From assembly GCA_946500425.1 (NCBI GenBank), contig CAMMVQ010000001.1, forward strand, positions 15,056-79,055: a stretch of 64,000 bases of DNA, in the 5' to 3' direction. Source of the DNA: an uncultured Mollicutes bacterium. Lineage in GTDB: Bacteria; Bacillota_I; Bacilli_A; RF39; UBA660. A program made the translations under genes and the position numbers. The notes below the pieces were generated by a model. The model was not told the DNA's origin. It made no database searches and worked only from the letters and a program-made list of their open reading frames with translations. Each line of letters begins with the position of its first letter. Within the stretch, counting starts at the first letter, position 1. Shown here piece by piece: positions 28,004 to 37,994 of this stretch.

Positions 28004-29821
28004 ATGGAGATAAGAAATGTTGCAATTATAGCTCACGTTGATCATGGTAAAACAACGTTAGTAAACCAATTGTTAGAGCAATCTGACACGTTAAGAGAAA
28101 ATCAGCAAATCATGGATAGAGCGATGGATTCTAATGATATAGAAAGAGAAAGAGGAATTACGATTCTTGCTAAAACAACGGCGATTAATTATAAAAACTA
28201 TCGTATAAACATATTAGATACTCCAGGGCATGCTGATTTTGGTGGTGAAGTAGAAAGAATAATGCACATGGTTGATGGAGTATTACTAGTTGTAGATGCT
28301 TATGAAGGAACTATGCCTCAAACTAGATTTGTTTTGAAAAAAGCGTTAGAGGCAGGAGTTAAACCAATTGTTGCGATAAATAAAGTGGATAAGCCTTCTA
28401 CTAGGATACCAGAAGTTCTAGATGAAGTTTTAGAATTATTTATTGAGCTTGGAGCTAGTGACGATCAACTTGATTTTCCGGTTGTTTACGTTTCGGCGAT
28501 TAACGGAACTTCAAGCTTAAGTCCTGATTTAGGTACTCAAAAGTATACTATGGAACCAGTTTTAGACATGATAGTTAATAACATTCCAGGGCCGTCAAGG
28601 GATGATGCTTCTCCGTTACAATTTCAACCAGCGTTATTAGACTATAATGATTATGTCGGAAGAATTGGTATTGGACGGGTTGCTAGAGGAACGATGAAAA
28701 CCGGGGAAAACGTTTCTTGCGTAAGATTAGACGGAAGCATAAAACAATTTAGAATTCAAAAGTTGTTTGGATTTTTAGGACTTAAAAGAATCGAAGTGGA
28801 AGAAGCACATGCTGGTGAAATAGTTGCCATTGCGGGCCTTCCTGACATATCTGTTGGAGAGACGGTTTGTACCGCTGGTAAGGAAGAAGCTTTACCAATT
28901 TTAAGAATAGATGAACCAACGCTTCAAATGACCTTTGGAGTTAACAATTCTCCTTTTGCGGGACGCGAAGGTAAGTTTGTTACGGCAAGAAAACTTGAAG
29001 AAAGGTTAATAAAAGAAACTCAAAGAGACGTTTCTTTAAGGGTAAAGCCAAATGACACTGAAAGTTGGATAGTATCTGGTCGTGGTGAATTACACCTTTC
29101 TATTTTAATTGAGAACATGAGAAGGGAAGGATATGAACTTCAAGTTTCGAAGCCAGAAGTCATCATAAAAGAAATTGACGGCGTTAAATGCGAACCTTAC
29201 GAAGACTTACAGCTTGAAGTTCCCGAAGAAAACGTAGGAAACGTAATAGAAGCTTTAGGTACTCGTGGTGCCATCATGGTTAACATGGTTAACTCTGAAA
29301 ATCAAGTAAGACTTAATTACACCATTCCATCACGTGGATTAATTGGCTTTATGACGGATTTTATGACGATGACTAAAGGGTACGGTATAATAAATCATAC
29401 TTTTAAAGAATACATGCCAATGGCTGATGCCGTTGTAGGAGAAAGAAAACTAGGAGTTTTAGTTTCAATGGAAAACGGCAAGGCTTCAAGCTATGGACTT
29501 GGCCAGCTAGAAGACCGTGGGGTTATGTTTATCGAACCGGGTTGTGAAGTGTATGAAGGAATGATTGTTGGTGAAAATAACCGTGAAAATGATTTGGCGG
29601 TAAACGTTGTTAAACAAAAGCAACAAACTAATACCAGAAGCGCGGGAAAGGACCATACGGTAGTTTTAAAAAGACCGAGAAAACTTTCTTTGGAAGTGTG
29701 TTTAGATTATATTAATTCTGATGAATTAGTTGAGGTTACCCCGGTTAACTTCAGAATGAGAAAGAAGATTTTAAATACGGAAGCTAGAAAAAAGTATGAT
29801 GCTAGGGTAAAAGAAAAATAA
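28004..29821 (+). CDS. typA: Translational GTPase TypA/BipA
   Basis: [26 protein letters not shown] and NKVDK G-motifs. Length and C-terminal domain match BipA. GAAGGTG RBS. Confidence 0.9.
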   Translation: MEIRNVAIIAHVDHGKTTLVNQLLEQSDTLRENQQIMDRAMDSNDIERERGITILAKTTAINYKNYRINILDTPGHADFGGEVERIMHMVDGVLLVVDAYEGTMPQTRFVLKKALEAGVKPIVAINKVDKPSTRIPEVLDEVLELFIELGASDDQLDFPVVYVSAINGTSSLSPDLGTQKYTMEPVLDMIVNNIPGPSRDDASPLQFQPALLDYNDYVGRIGIGRVARGTMKTGENVSCVRLDGSIKQFRIQKLFGFLGLKRIEVEEAHAGEIVAIAGLPDISVGETVCTAGKEEALPILRIDEPTLQMTFGVNNSPFAGREGKFVTARKLEERLIKETQRDVSLRVKPNDTESWIVSGRGELHLSILIENMRREGYELQVSKPEVIIKEIDGVKCEPYEDLQLEVPEENVGNVIEALGTRGAIMVNMVNSENQVRLNYTIPSRGLIGFMTDFMTMTKGYGIINHTFKEYMPMADAVVGERKLGVLVSMENGKASSYGLGQLEDRGVMFIEPGCEVYEGMIVGENNRENDLAVNVVKQKQQTNTRSAGKDHTVVLKRPRKLSLEVCLDYINSDELVEVTPVNFRMRKKILNTEARKKYDARVKEK

Positions 29822-29880
29822 AAAACTTATGACAAATTGATGTTTCCTAAGTAGGATTTACATCACGTGTCATAAGTTTT
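29822..29880. terminator. Bidirectional terminator between the convergent typA and the minus-strand kinase gene
   Basis: Long inverted repeat aaaaacttatgaca ... tgtcataagtttttt with an internal tgatgt/acatca sub-stem. Confidence 0.55.
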
Positions 29881-30766
29881 TTACTATGTTATTAGCTTTC
29901 CTTAAGTTTTTATCTAAAGTTGTCATAAGAAGATCATTAACCTCCTCGTCAACGTATAAGCCATTTTTCTTTTCTCTAATTAATTTATTTAAGCCTAGAA
30001 AATCTACGTTTTGAACGTTTAATAAAAACCACTTTAGTAATTTATTGTTACTAAAAAGATAACTAATTATGTTATCAAAGTCAGTGTTTGCCATTAAAGA
30101 TGGTATAACGTAAAACTCTTTATACTTTTCTGTTAGGCAAGCAATCCCATTATCAAATAAGGGACAAGGTTTTGCTGTTGAACCATCCATTATTACTTTT
30201 GCATTATGAGGAAATCTATCTTTGTTATCAATCAAAAGGTCAATTAACATGGTTTTCATCATATAAAATTCTTGGTTTATTTCTGATGCTTTTGACAATA
30301 CGGCCGAAATGTCTAAAAAAGTATCGTCCGTGTAATAATAATTATATAAATATTCGTTTGGCGATAGAAAACTTTGACTAATTAAGTATGTTTTACCGTT
30401 TAAAGACATTACGTCATATAAAGCATGAGGCATTTTTATTTTTTCTAAAAATTCACTAACTAGAAGTTCCATACAAATCTCATCTTGTTCTACTTTTTTA
30501 CACATTATTCTGCTGCCATTTGCTAAAAGTATCCAAAAAGCTTCGTTGTGTCCGTCCGATTTTAAATCCGAGATAATGTACGGGAGATTACTGAAATTTA
30601 ATAGCCCGTCTTTATTCCTTTTAGCGTCTTTTATAATCGGATTTTCGTTAGTGTTGTTAAAGTGATATGTTCTAAAGAACTCTTCAGCTTTATTTATTAA
30701 TACCCCATCATAATTATCATCATACATTCTGTTTTCTTCAAGAACTTTTATAATTAATTTTTTCAT
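29870..30766 (-). CDS. Second HipA_C-like putative kinase (paralog of the 17321 product)
   Basis: IDNKDRFPHNAKVIMDG...CPLFDNG catalytic-loop-like region. Shares blocks with the 17321 protein. AAGGAGAT RBS. Confidence 0.45.
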   Translation of the reverse strand: MKKLIIKVLEENRMYDDNYDGVLINKAEEFFRTYHFNNTNENPIIKDAKRNKDGLLNFSNLPYIISDLKSDGHNEAFWILLANGSRIMCKKVEQDEICMELLVSEFLEKIKMPHALYDVMSLNGKTYLISQSFLSPNEYLYNYYYTDDTFLDISAVLSKASEINQEFYMMKTMLIDLLIDNKDRFPHNAKVIMDGSTAKPCPLFDNGIACLTEKYKEFYVIPSLMANTDFDNIISYLFSNNKLLKWFLLNVQNVDFLGLNKLIREKKNGLYVDEEVNDLLMTTLDKNLRKANNIVKNL

Positions 30767-30840
30767 TTTTATCTCCTTGTTAGGTAGTAATTATTCTACC
30801 ATGAACATAATTTTTAATCAAACCTGTTACCATACTTCTC

Positions 30841-30869
30841 TTGTTTAAAGCGTAAAATTATATTATAAT
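30841..30869 (+). promoter_or_regulatory. Promoter of PFOR (TTGTTT-17-TATAAT)
   Basis: Seen in sequence. Confidence 0.45.
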
Positions 30870-30894
30870 GATTTTAGAATGGTAAGGTGAGAAC

Positions 30895-33800
30895 ATGAAA
30901 AAATATAAAGTTATGGATGGTAATGAAGCTTGTAGTTATGTTTCTTATTTATTTAGTGAATTAGCGGGAATTTATCCAATTACCCCGGCGTCTACCATGG
31001 CCGAAAAGATTGATGAGTTATCAGGTAAGGGATTTAATAATTTGTATGGAAATCCAGTAAAAGTAGTGGAAATGCAAAGCGAGGCAGGTGCTATAGCTTT
31101 AGTTCACGGGGCACTTCAAGCGGGAAGTATCGCGACTACTTATACTGCGTCTCAAGGGCTTCTTTTAATGCTTCCTAGCATGTATAAAATTGCGGGTGAA
31201 TGCCTACCTTGTGTTATTAACGTTGCGGCAAGGACAATCGCAACTCACGCTTTGAGTATCATGGGAGACCACAGTGATATTTACGCCGCAAGACCAACTG
31301 GTTTTGCGATGATAGCATCTTCTTCAGTACAGCAAGTAATGGATTTAACGGCCGTATCATATTTGTCTAGTTTAAAAAACAGTATGCCGGTGCTAAATTT
31401 TTTTGATGGTTTCAGAACGAGTCACGAACTTAAGAAAATAAGCGTTTTAGATGGTTCGGACCTTAAGTTTTTGATTGACCGTAAAGCTTTAGATGATTTT
31501 AAAAACAAGAGTTTAATAGCAAGTAAAGTGATTAGAGGGACAACCGAAAATGATGATACGTTCTTTCAGAATACGGAGGCTAGAAACGTTAGTTACGATA
31601 AAATGCCAGACGTGGTAAACTACTACATGGAAAAAATTAACGAATTAACGGGAAGTAAGTATAAACCTTTTAATTACTATGGAGATAAAAACGCAAGTAA
31701 AGTCATTGTTGCGATGGGGTCCGTTTGTGAAACCATAAGGGAAGTTATCGATAATGAAAAGTGGGGCGTTGGTCTTTTAGAGGTTCATTTGTACCGGCCT
31801 TTTAGTAATAAGTATTTCTTTGATGAAATGCCTAAGTCAGTTAAGAAAATAGCGGTGTTAGACAGAACGAAAGAGCCTGGATCGAACGGAGAACCATTGT
31901 ACTTAGATGTTTGTGCGGCATATCAAAACAGTGACTTAAATCCTAAAATAATAGGTGGAAGGTACGGACTTTCTAGTAAAAACACTGACGCTGCTTGTAT
32001 TAAAGCGGTTTATGATTTTTTAGATGCCGAGGATAATTTTAACGGTTTTACGGTTGGGATAAAAGATGATTTAACGAACAAAAGCATAGATGTTACTCCA
32101 TACGAAATAAAGCATAAAGGAACGAGACAAATGCTTATTTATGGATATGGTTCTGACGGAATGGTAAGTGCCTCTAAAGAGATAATTACCATTTTAGGTA
32201 ATTATACGGATGCTTACGTTCAGGGGTATTTTCAGTATGATTCTAAAAAGTCTGGAGGGGTAACGATAAGTCACCTTCGGGTTTCTAAGTATGAAATAAA
32301 TAGTCCGTATTACGTAGAAAAGGCAAATTTATTGGTATGCACTAAGGATGCTTACCTTTTAAGGTATGATATTGTGTCTAAATTAAAAGATAATGGAACG
32401 TTTATTCTGGTTACCTCACTAGATAAAGAAACTCTTATTAATTTCATGCCAAACGAAGTTAAAAAAATAATAATTGATAGAAACATAAGTTTTTATACGA
32501 TAGATGCTTTTAGGATTGCCATGGAAAATAACATTCCGAATAAAGTTAGCATGATTGTTTTAACGGCCATATTTAAAGTTGGAAACCTAGTTAATTATGA
32601 TTTGATACTTAACAAGATAAAAGAACAAATTAAAAAGAAATTCTCTAAGAAGGGAACGGAAATAGTAGAAGCCAACTTAAGGGCGATTGAAGAAGTTGAT
32701 AACGTTTTAAATAAAATTGATATAAATATTATTAATCTTACTGATGATAAACAAAAAGATGGTTTAAGGTTAACTGACAATAAGATTCTAAATTATGTTT
32801 CTTTATTAAAGGGGGATAGCCTAACCGTTAAAGACTTTGAAAACCATAAAGACGGAAGCTTTGAAGTTGGGACTAGTAGGTTTGAAAAAAGAAATATTGC
32901 TACGATGCTTCCTTGTTGGGATAAGGATAAGTGCATTCAGTGTAACCAGTGTGCTTTATCGTGTCCACACGGGGTTATAAGACCCTTTATCGTTAATGAT
33001 GAAGAAGTTAAGAAGTACGGGTTAGAAGGAAAGGTAGCTAAAGTTTTAGGAAAGGAAAATTTATATTATTACATGGGCATTTCTTATAAGGATTGTACGG
33101 GTTGCGGTGTTTGTGCGTCCGTTTGTCCTGCCAAGGGAAAAGCAATAGTAATGAAAAAGAAAAATGAATCTGAACTAAAAGATGTTTCGGTTTTGTTTGA
33201 GACGAAAGAAAATAAAGAGTTATACCCGGTAACAACCATTAAGGGTTCTCAGTTTAAAAAACCTTTGTTTGAATTTTCTGGAGCTTGTGCAGGTTGCGGA
33301 CAAACTCCTTACATAAAGTTATTAACGCAATTGTTTGGGGAGCGCCTGGTTATCGCAAACGCAACTGGTTGTTCTTCTATTTATGGTGGATCCCACCCGG
33401 GACTTCCATACCGCGTTTCTTGGATGAATTCTTTATTTGAAGATAATGCTGAGTTTGGTTTAGGAATTAAATTGGGGCAAGAGGTTCAAAAAGAAAGAAT
33501 CAAACGTATTTTGGAAAATAGTAATCTGTCAGAAGAAAATAACGCTCTATTAGAAAAATGGGGCTCTGATGATGAAAACGTAGATAAATCCAAAGAACTT
33601 CTTAATAGCTTTGATTTTAGCGAAGCAATGGCCGCGGAAAGAATTAAAAAATACATCGTTCCAAAATCAGTTTGGATGATTGGTGGTGATGGCTGGGCTT
33701 ATGACATTGGTTACGGAGGATTAGACCACGTTTTATCGTCCGGTCAAAACGTAAACATATTGGTATTGGATACCGAGGTTTATTCTAATACCGGTGGTCA

Positions 33801-34299
33801 AAAATCTAAGGCTACTAGGAGTGGCGCAACGGTTAAGTTCGCAACCGGTGGTAAAAAAGGAAAGAAAAAAGACTTAGCAAGAATGGCGCTTTCTTATGAC
33901 GATGTTTATGTTGCAAGTGTTTGCTTAGGAGGAAACATGCAGCAGACTATAAAGGCTTTTGTTGAGGCGGAAAAACATAACGGACCATCACTTGTAATCG
34001 CATATGCTCCTTGTATAACTCATGGTATTAAAAGCGGAATGGAAAATAGTATAAAAGAGGAAAGATTAGCCGTTGAAAGTGGGTATTGGCCTTTGTTCAG
34101 GTATCTTCCTGAAGAAGGAAAATTATATTTGGACTTTAAAAAGCCTGATTTTAATAAGTATGAAGAATTTTTAAACAACGAAAATAGATATACCATGACT
34201 AAGATTGTCAATGAGCAAATGGCTAAAGAATTATTTGAAGTAAATAAAGAAACGGCCATGAAGAGATTTGAGTTTTATAAAGAGTTATCAGAAAAATAA
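30895..34299 (+). CDS. nifJ: Pyruvate:ferredoxin (flavodoxin) oxidoreductase, single-polypeptide NifJ/PorA type
   Basis: 1134 aa. Two 4Fe-4S ferredoxin motifs (CIQCNQCALSCP, CTGCGVCASVCP), the TPP-binding GDGW motif, and domain order as in PFOR. Confidence 0.95.
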   Translation: MKKYKVMDGNEACSYVSYLFSELAGIYPITPASTMAEKIDELSGKGFNNLYGNPVKVVEMQSEAGAIALVHGALQAGSIATTYTASQGLLLMLPSMYKIAGECLPCVINVAARTIATHALSIMGDHSDIYAARPTGFAMIASSSVQQVMDLTAVSYLSSLKNSMPVLNFFDGFRTSHELKKISVLDGSDLKFLIDRKALDDFKNKSLIASKVIRGTTENDDTFFQNTEARNVSYDKMPDVVNYYMEKINELTGSKYKPFNYYGDKNASKVIVAMGSVCETIREVIDNEKWGVGLLEVHLYRPFSNKYFFDEMPKSVKKIAVLDRTKEPGSNGEPLYLDVCAAYQNSDLNPKIIGGRYGLSSKNTDAACIKAVYDFLDAEDNFNGFTVGIKDDLTNKSIDVTPYEIKHKGTRQMLIYGYGSDGMVSASKEIITILGNYTDAYVQGYFQYDSKKSGGVTISHLRVSKYEINSPYYVEKANLLVCTKDAYLLRYDIVSKLKDNGTFILVTSLDKETLINFMPNEVKKIIIDRNISFYTIDAFRIAMENNIPNKVSMIVLTAIFKVGNLVNYDLILNKIKEQIKKKFSKKGTEIVEANLRAIEEVDNVLNKIDINIINLTDDKQKDGLRLTDNKILNYVSLLKGDSLTVKDFENHKDGSFEVGTSRFEKRNIATMLPCWDKDKCIQCNQCALSCPHGVIRPFIVNDEEVKKYGLEGKVAKVLGKENLYYYMGISYKDCTGCGVCASVCPAKGKAIVMKKKNESELKDVSVLFETKENKELYPVTTIKGSQFKKPLFEFSGACAGCGQTPYIKLLTQLFGERLVIANATGCSSIYGGSHPGLPYRVSWMNSLFEDNAEFGLGIKLGQEVQKERIKRILENSNLSEENNALLEKWGSDDENVDKSKELLNSFDFSEAMAAERIKKYIVPKSVWMIGGDGWAYDIGYGGLDHVLSSGQNVNILVLDTEVYSNTGGQKSKATRSGATVKFATGGKKGKKKDLARMALSYDDVYVASVCLGGNMQQTIKAFVEAEKHNGPSLVIAYAPCITHGIKSGMENSIKEERLAVESGYWPLFRYLPEEGKLYLDFKKPDFNKYEEFLNNENRYTMTKIVNEQMAKELFEVNKETAMKRFEFYKELSEK

Positions 34300-34318
34300 T
34301 TATTGTGCAGCATTTATT

Positions 34319-34372
34319 AAAATCAAGGACGAATGATGAATGATAAATTTTTATCTGTGTTCTTGATTTTTC
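34319..34372 (+). terminator. Terminator-like long hairpin after PFOR
   Basis: aatcaagga ... ttcttgatt (one G-U pair) followed by tttt. A 26-aa ORF lies in the loop. Confidence 0.35.
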
Positions 34373-34495
34373 ATTGCTTTTTATATACAAAAAACTACAT
34401 TTTACGACAATAATAATAAAATTGTTTTTATTCTGATATTATTTAATTGTAATTAATTTTGGTAGAGAGCTTGTTTTGTATAAGAAGGAGGAAAA

Positions 34496-34906
34496 ATGAA
34501 ATTTATTAAGTATGCATTAATTATTTTTGCAGTTGCAGTAATGACTGACGTGGTTATCACGAAAGCGTATGCTTCTCCAACTCAAGTTACAATAGTTCAG
34601 GAACTAGATAAAAATAATAAGTCTTGGACGGCTTATAAGACAAAAAACACTTCAACAACACAAACTTATTATAATGATAAATCATATACTTGGCTAACAA
34701 ATCCATGTCCTGATTGTAAAGTTGCAGTACGTGTTTATAATGAAAATGGTGATGTTGGAGTTACTAGAATAACTACTACTGGTGAAACAAAATCACTTAA
34801 CGAACCAACCTCACTTAGTGCTCCAGGTAATTATCGTTTAGCAATTTGGCGTTATAATGCCACAGCTTTATCAACTCATCATCAAGGAGTATGGAAAATT
34901 AATTAA
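34496..34906 (+). CDS. Small secreted protein (signal peptide ...TKAYA/SP), 2 Cys, unknown function
   Basis: Signal peptide MKFIKYALIIFAVAVMTDVVITKAYA. AAGGAGG RBS. Confidence 0.5.
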   Translation: MKFIKYALIIFAVAVMTDVVITKAYASPTQVTIVQELDKNNKSWTAYKTKNTSTTQTYYNDKSYTWLTNPCPDCKVAVRVYNENGDVGVTRITTTGETKSLNEPTSLSAPGNYRLAIWRYNATALSTHHQGVWKIN

Positions 34907-34962
34907 TATATAAGATAAACTCTCTACATTTATGATTTATGTTTATTAGAAGGAGAATAAGT

Positions 34963-35907
34963 ATGTTTAAAAGTAAAGTATATAACATTTTAATAATAGT
35001 TTCTTTTTTGCTTCTTTTAAGTGTTGTTATATATTCTTCTTGTGACTATATAAAGATAAGAAATAGACAGATAAAAAGTGATATCAAAGTAAAAGAAGAA
35101 TGTAAAAAAGGTAATTATGAAACAGAAGATAGAAAAGAATTTTGTAAAAGTGTATTAGCTAAAAAAGATAAAGAAGAAGATTTTTTCATGACTTTTACCA
35201 ACATAGTTATATTTGGTGATGCTAATAACGGAATTGGTCTTCAAAAATTAGCACCAATAATTATTTTGTTTTTAATTATTCCGGTTATATACTTTGTTTC
35301 TAGATATTTAAAAAGTGGGATAATTAATTATCATTTAACCCGGGAAAAGTTTAGTAAAATAAAACAAAAATTATTTTTAAACGCTTATAAACCAGTTTTA
35401 ATATTACCGTGTATAGTATTAATAGCAATGTTAATTAGTTATTTTTATGCACCTCATTTTAATGGGGCGGAATCAGCTTCTGAAAGTTTTATTGCATGGA
35501 GCATAAGTACGGTAAGTAATCCATTAATTTTTATATTACTTTATATTTTTAATGTTATTGTTCATTCATTTTTATTCGTTAACATCGCGTTATGTGTTTT
35601 AAGAAAATATAATAATTTTTTTGCCGCAACGGTTTTATCATATCTTATTTTTATCGCAACAGAAGTGTTTTTAGAAATAGCATTTGGTGGAATTTTGTTT
35701 ACTAGTATCTTAAAAATGCCAAATAACATGCTTATGTTTAACATCATGAACATGTTTGCGTTTAATGATGCAAACGGTATTTTATCTCCAATTATAGTAC
35801 CATTTATCTTAATGCTATTATCATTTGTTTTAGTATTGTTACTTTATAAAGATAAGGAAAAAATGATTATAGACTTTAAAGATAATAAACAAAAAGAGGT
35901 GGTATAA
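34963..35907 (+). CDS. Polytopic membrane protein, first gene of a 4-gene ABC locus
   Basis: Multiple TM segments. Overlaps the downstream ATPase start. Confidence 0.5.
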   Translation: MFKSKVYNILIIVSFLLLLSVVIYSSCDYIKIRNRQIKSDIKVKEECKKGNYETEDRKEFCKSVLAKKDKEEDFFMTFTNIVIFGDANNGIGLQKLAPIIILFLIIPVIYFVSRYLKSGIINYHLTREKFSKIKQKLFLNAYKPVLILPCIVLIAMLISYFYAPHFNGAESASESFIAWSISTVSNPLIFILLYIFNVIVHSFLFVNIALCVLRKYNNFFAATVLSYLIFIATEVFLEIAFGGILFTSILKMPNNMLMFNIMNMFAFNDANGILSPIIVPFILMLLSFVLVLLLYKDKEKMIIDFKDNKQKEVV

Positions 35908-36548
35908 TGAAATTAGAAACTAAAAATTTATCTAAATCATTTAAAGATGAAGAAGCTATAAAAAATGTTTCTACAACGTTTGAAAGTGGTAATATATATG
36001 GACTTTACGGACGTAATGGAGCAGGGAAAAGTGTATTTTTAAAACTTATTTGTGGTTTTTATATTCCGAGTTCTGGTGAGGTTTTATATGACGGTGTAAA
36101 TCTTAACGAGAACTTAGAATTTCCAAAAAACTTACGTGCGTTAATAGAACATCCTACTTTTTTTGATGATTTGTCTGGCTTTGAAAACTTAAGATTGCTA
36201 GCTAAAATCCAGAATAAAATTAGTGATAAAGAAATATTAAAAGCACTTGACGTAGTTAATTTAACAGATGAAAAGGATAAGAAGTATGGTAAATATTCAC
36301 TTGGAATGAAACAAAAATTAGGAATTGCTCAGGTTATTATGGAAGACCCACAAATAATGGTTTTTGATGAACCTTTTAACGGAATAGAAAGTAATACGGT
36401 AAAAAAATTAATAACATATTTAAAACAAGAAAAGAAAAAGGGAAAATTAATTATTTTAAGTACTCATATAATGGAAGATTTAAAACAACTAGCAGATAAA
36501 ATTTATTATTTTGATGCTGGTAAAGTTACTGAAGAAGAAAATAAATGA
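35907..36548 (+). CDS. ABC transporter ATP-binding protein (LanF/ABC-2-like)
   Basis: Walker A GRNGAGKS, signature LSLGMKQKL, Walker B MVFDEP. Confidence 0.8.
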   Translation: MKLETKNLSKSFKDEEAIKNVSTTFESGNIYGLYGRNGAGKSVFLKLICGFYIPSSGEVLYDGVNLNENLEFPKNLRALIEHPTFFDDLSGFENLRLLAKIQNKISDKEILKALDVVNLTDEKDKKYGKYSLGMKQKLGIAQVIMEDPQIMVFDEPFNGIESNTVKKLITYLKQEKKKGKLIILSTHIMEDLKQLADKIYYFDAGKVTEEENK

Positions 36549-37279
36549 ATAAGTTAAGGTTAATTAACGTAAATAATTATTTACGAAATAAAAGTAGTTT
36601 ATTAATTTTTTTACTTCTTATCATGGGTAATTTGATTCCTTTATTATCAGGTTTATCTGGTGGCTTTTTTGAAAACTTACTTAAAGTTTTACATAATTCT
36701 TATTTTAATATGTTTTTGTTTTTGGCAGCGGGATTAAGCGTAATTAACATGCGAAGTATCTTCTCAAAAAAATATGATTTTGTAATTAGAAATACTAATT
36801 ATAAAAAAATAATAAATGATTTTATGATAGAAATTATTTTATCAACGATAATAATATATATAACTTCGTTTATTTTGGCATGTGCCTTTTCGGTTTTATT
36901 TTGTTTAGAAAATTATGATACTTTTAATTATTCAAATTATAACATTAACGTTTTATGTTACTTAGTTTTTCTAATTATTAAATCTTTATTACTATTTTGT
37001 TTAGTAAACGTTATAATTTATTTATTGTCAAACGTTTTTAAAAAGAACGTAACACTTCTTTTGGTTCTAATATTTAGTTTAGGATTTCTTATGCTATCTT
37101 CTGATAAGATGATTTTAAATATTTATGACTTTCCACTTTTTTATCATTATTACTTTCTAAATACTAATTATGTTACTTTTATACTTGAAATACTTTGTAC
37201 TTCTTTACAGTTTATAATTTTATATGTTATAAATTATTTAACATATAAAATTGTCATTAGAAAAAAGAGGGATTTATAA
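36545..37279 (+). CDS. ABC-2-type membrane permease component (LanE/G-like)
   Basis: Hydrophobic 6-TM protein translationally coupled to the ATPase. Confidence 0.5.
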   Translation: MNKLRLINVNNYLRNKSSLLIFLLLIMGNLIPLLSGLSGGFFENLLKVLHNSYFNMFLFLAAGLSVINMRSIFSKKYDFVIRNTNYKKIINDFMIEIILSTIIIYITSFILACAFSVLFCLENYDTFNYSNYNINVLCYLVFLIIKSLLLFCLVNVIIYLLSNVFKKNVTLLLVLIFSLGFLMLSSDKMILNIYDFPLFYHYYFLNTNYVTFILEILCTSLQFIILYVINYLTYKIVIRKKRDL

Positions 37280-37914
37280 TGAAGCTGCAATTAGAAATAA
37301 TGCTTTATGTGGTCAAAAAATCATGGATTTGGTTTGTAATTTTATTTGTTTTAAGTTCTGTTGCAATTATTTTATTTAAGCTTGACGTTAATTCAAGTGT
37401 TTTAGACGACGTAGAATACTTATCTATTATTGGTGTTCCTGGTATAAAAAATTATGATCTTAAAGTCTTTTTAATAGCAATTTATCAAATTTTTTTGTTA
37501 GTGTATATCATTTATACGTTCTACACTTATGAACTTAAAGATGCTTTTGCTTCTGTTGTTTTACGCGCAAACGAAAGAAAATGGATAACGTATAAAATCG
37601 TTACAACTTTATTTTCAATTATAATATTTAGGGTATTCTATCAATTGTTAACTTATTATTTCTTTAAAGATAGCGTTAGCTTTTCTTTAGAATATTTTAT
37701 AAATTCGATTTTATACCATACGTTAATTGGCGTTTTAGTAATAACTTTATTAAATTTTTTAAATCAAAAAAGAATGATAAGTTATATTATTTTATTTTTG
37801 TTAATGGTGCTTATTTTTACGTATTTTAATTTGTTATTAGTGTTGTTATCAGTAGTAATTTTAATAATTCTTAACACCTTATTATTTCGTTTTAAATTAT
37901 ATTATAAATATTAG
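37279..37914 (+). CDS. Second membrane permease component
   Basis: Hydrophobic protein with an ATGA start/stop overlap. Confidence 0.5.
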   Translation: MKLQLEIMLYVVKKSWIWFVILFVLSSVAIILFKLDVNSSVLDDVEYLSIIGVPGIKNYDLKVFLIAIYQIFLLVYIIYTFYTYELKDAFASVVLRANERKWITYKIVTTLFSIIIFRVFYQLLTYYFFKDSVSFSLEYFINSILYHTLIGVLVITLLNFLNQKRMISYIILFLLMVLIFTYFNLLLVLLSVVILIILNTLLFRFKLYYKY

Positions 37915-37994
37915 TATACGTTTTTAATGTAAAGAGGGTTATCAAACTTTCTTTTTATTTTACATAAATGTTATAATTAAATGGGTGATAATAC

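Noticed and set aside
30783-30800. Palindrome GGTAG-taattatt-CTACC between the hipA-like gene and PFOR, considered as an operator
   Set aside because: It overlaps the RBS region of the minus-strand gene and resembles no regulator consensus I know, such as Rex or Fur. There is insufficient support.
34339-34419. 26-codon ORF MMNDKFLSVFLIFHCFLYTKNYILRQ as a stand-alone bacteriocin-like peptide gene
   Set aside because: It lies inside the loop of the PFOR terminator-like hairpin, has no leader/GG motif and no homolog recognised. It is mentioned only as context in the ABC-locus finding.
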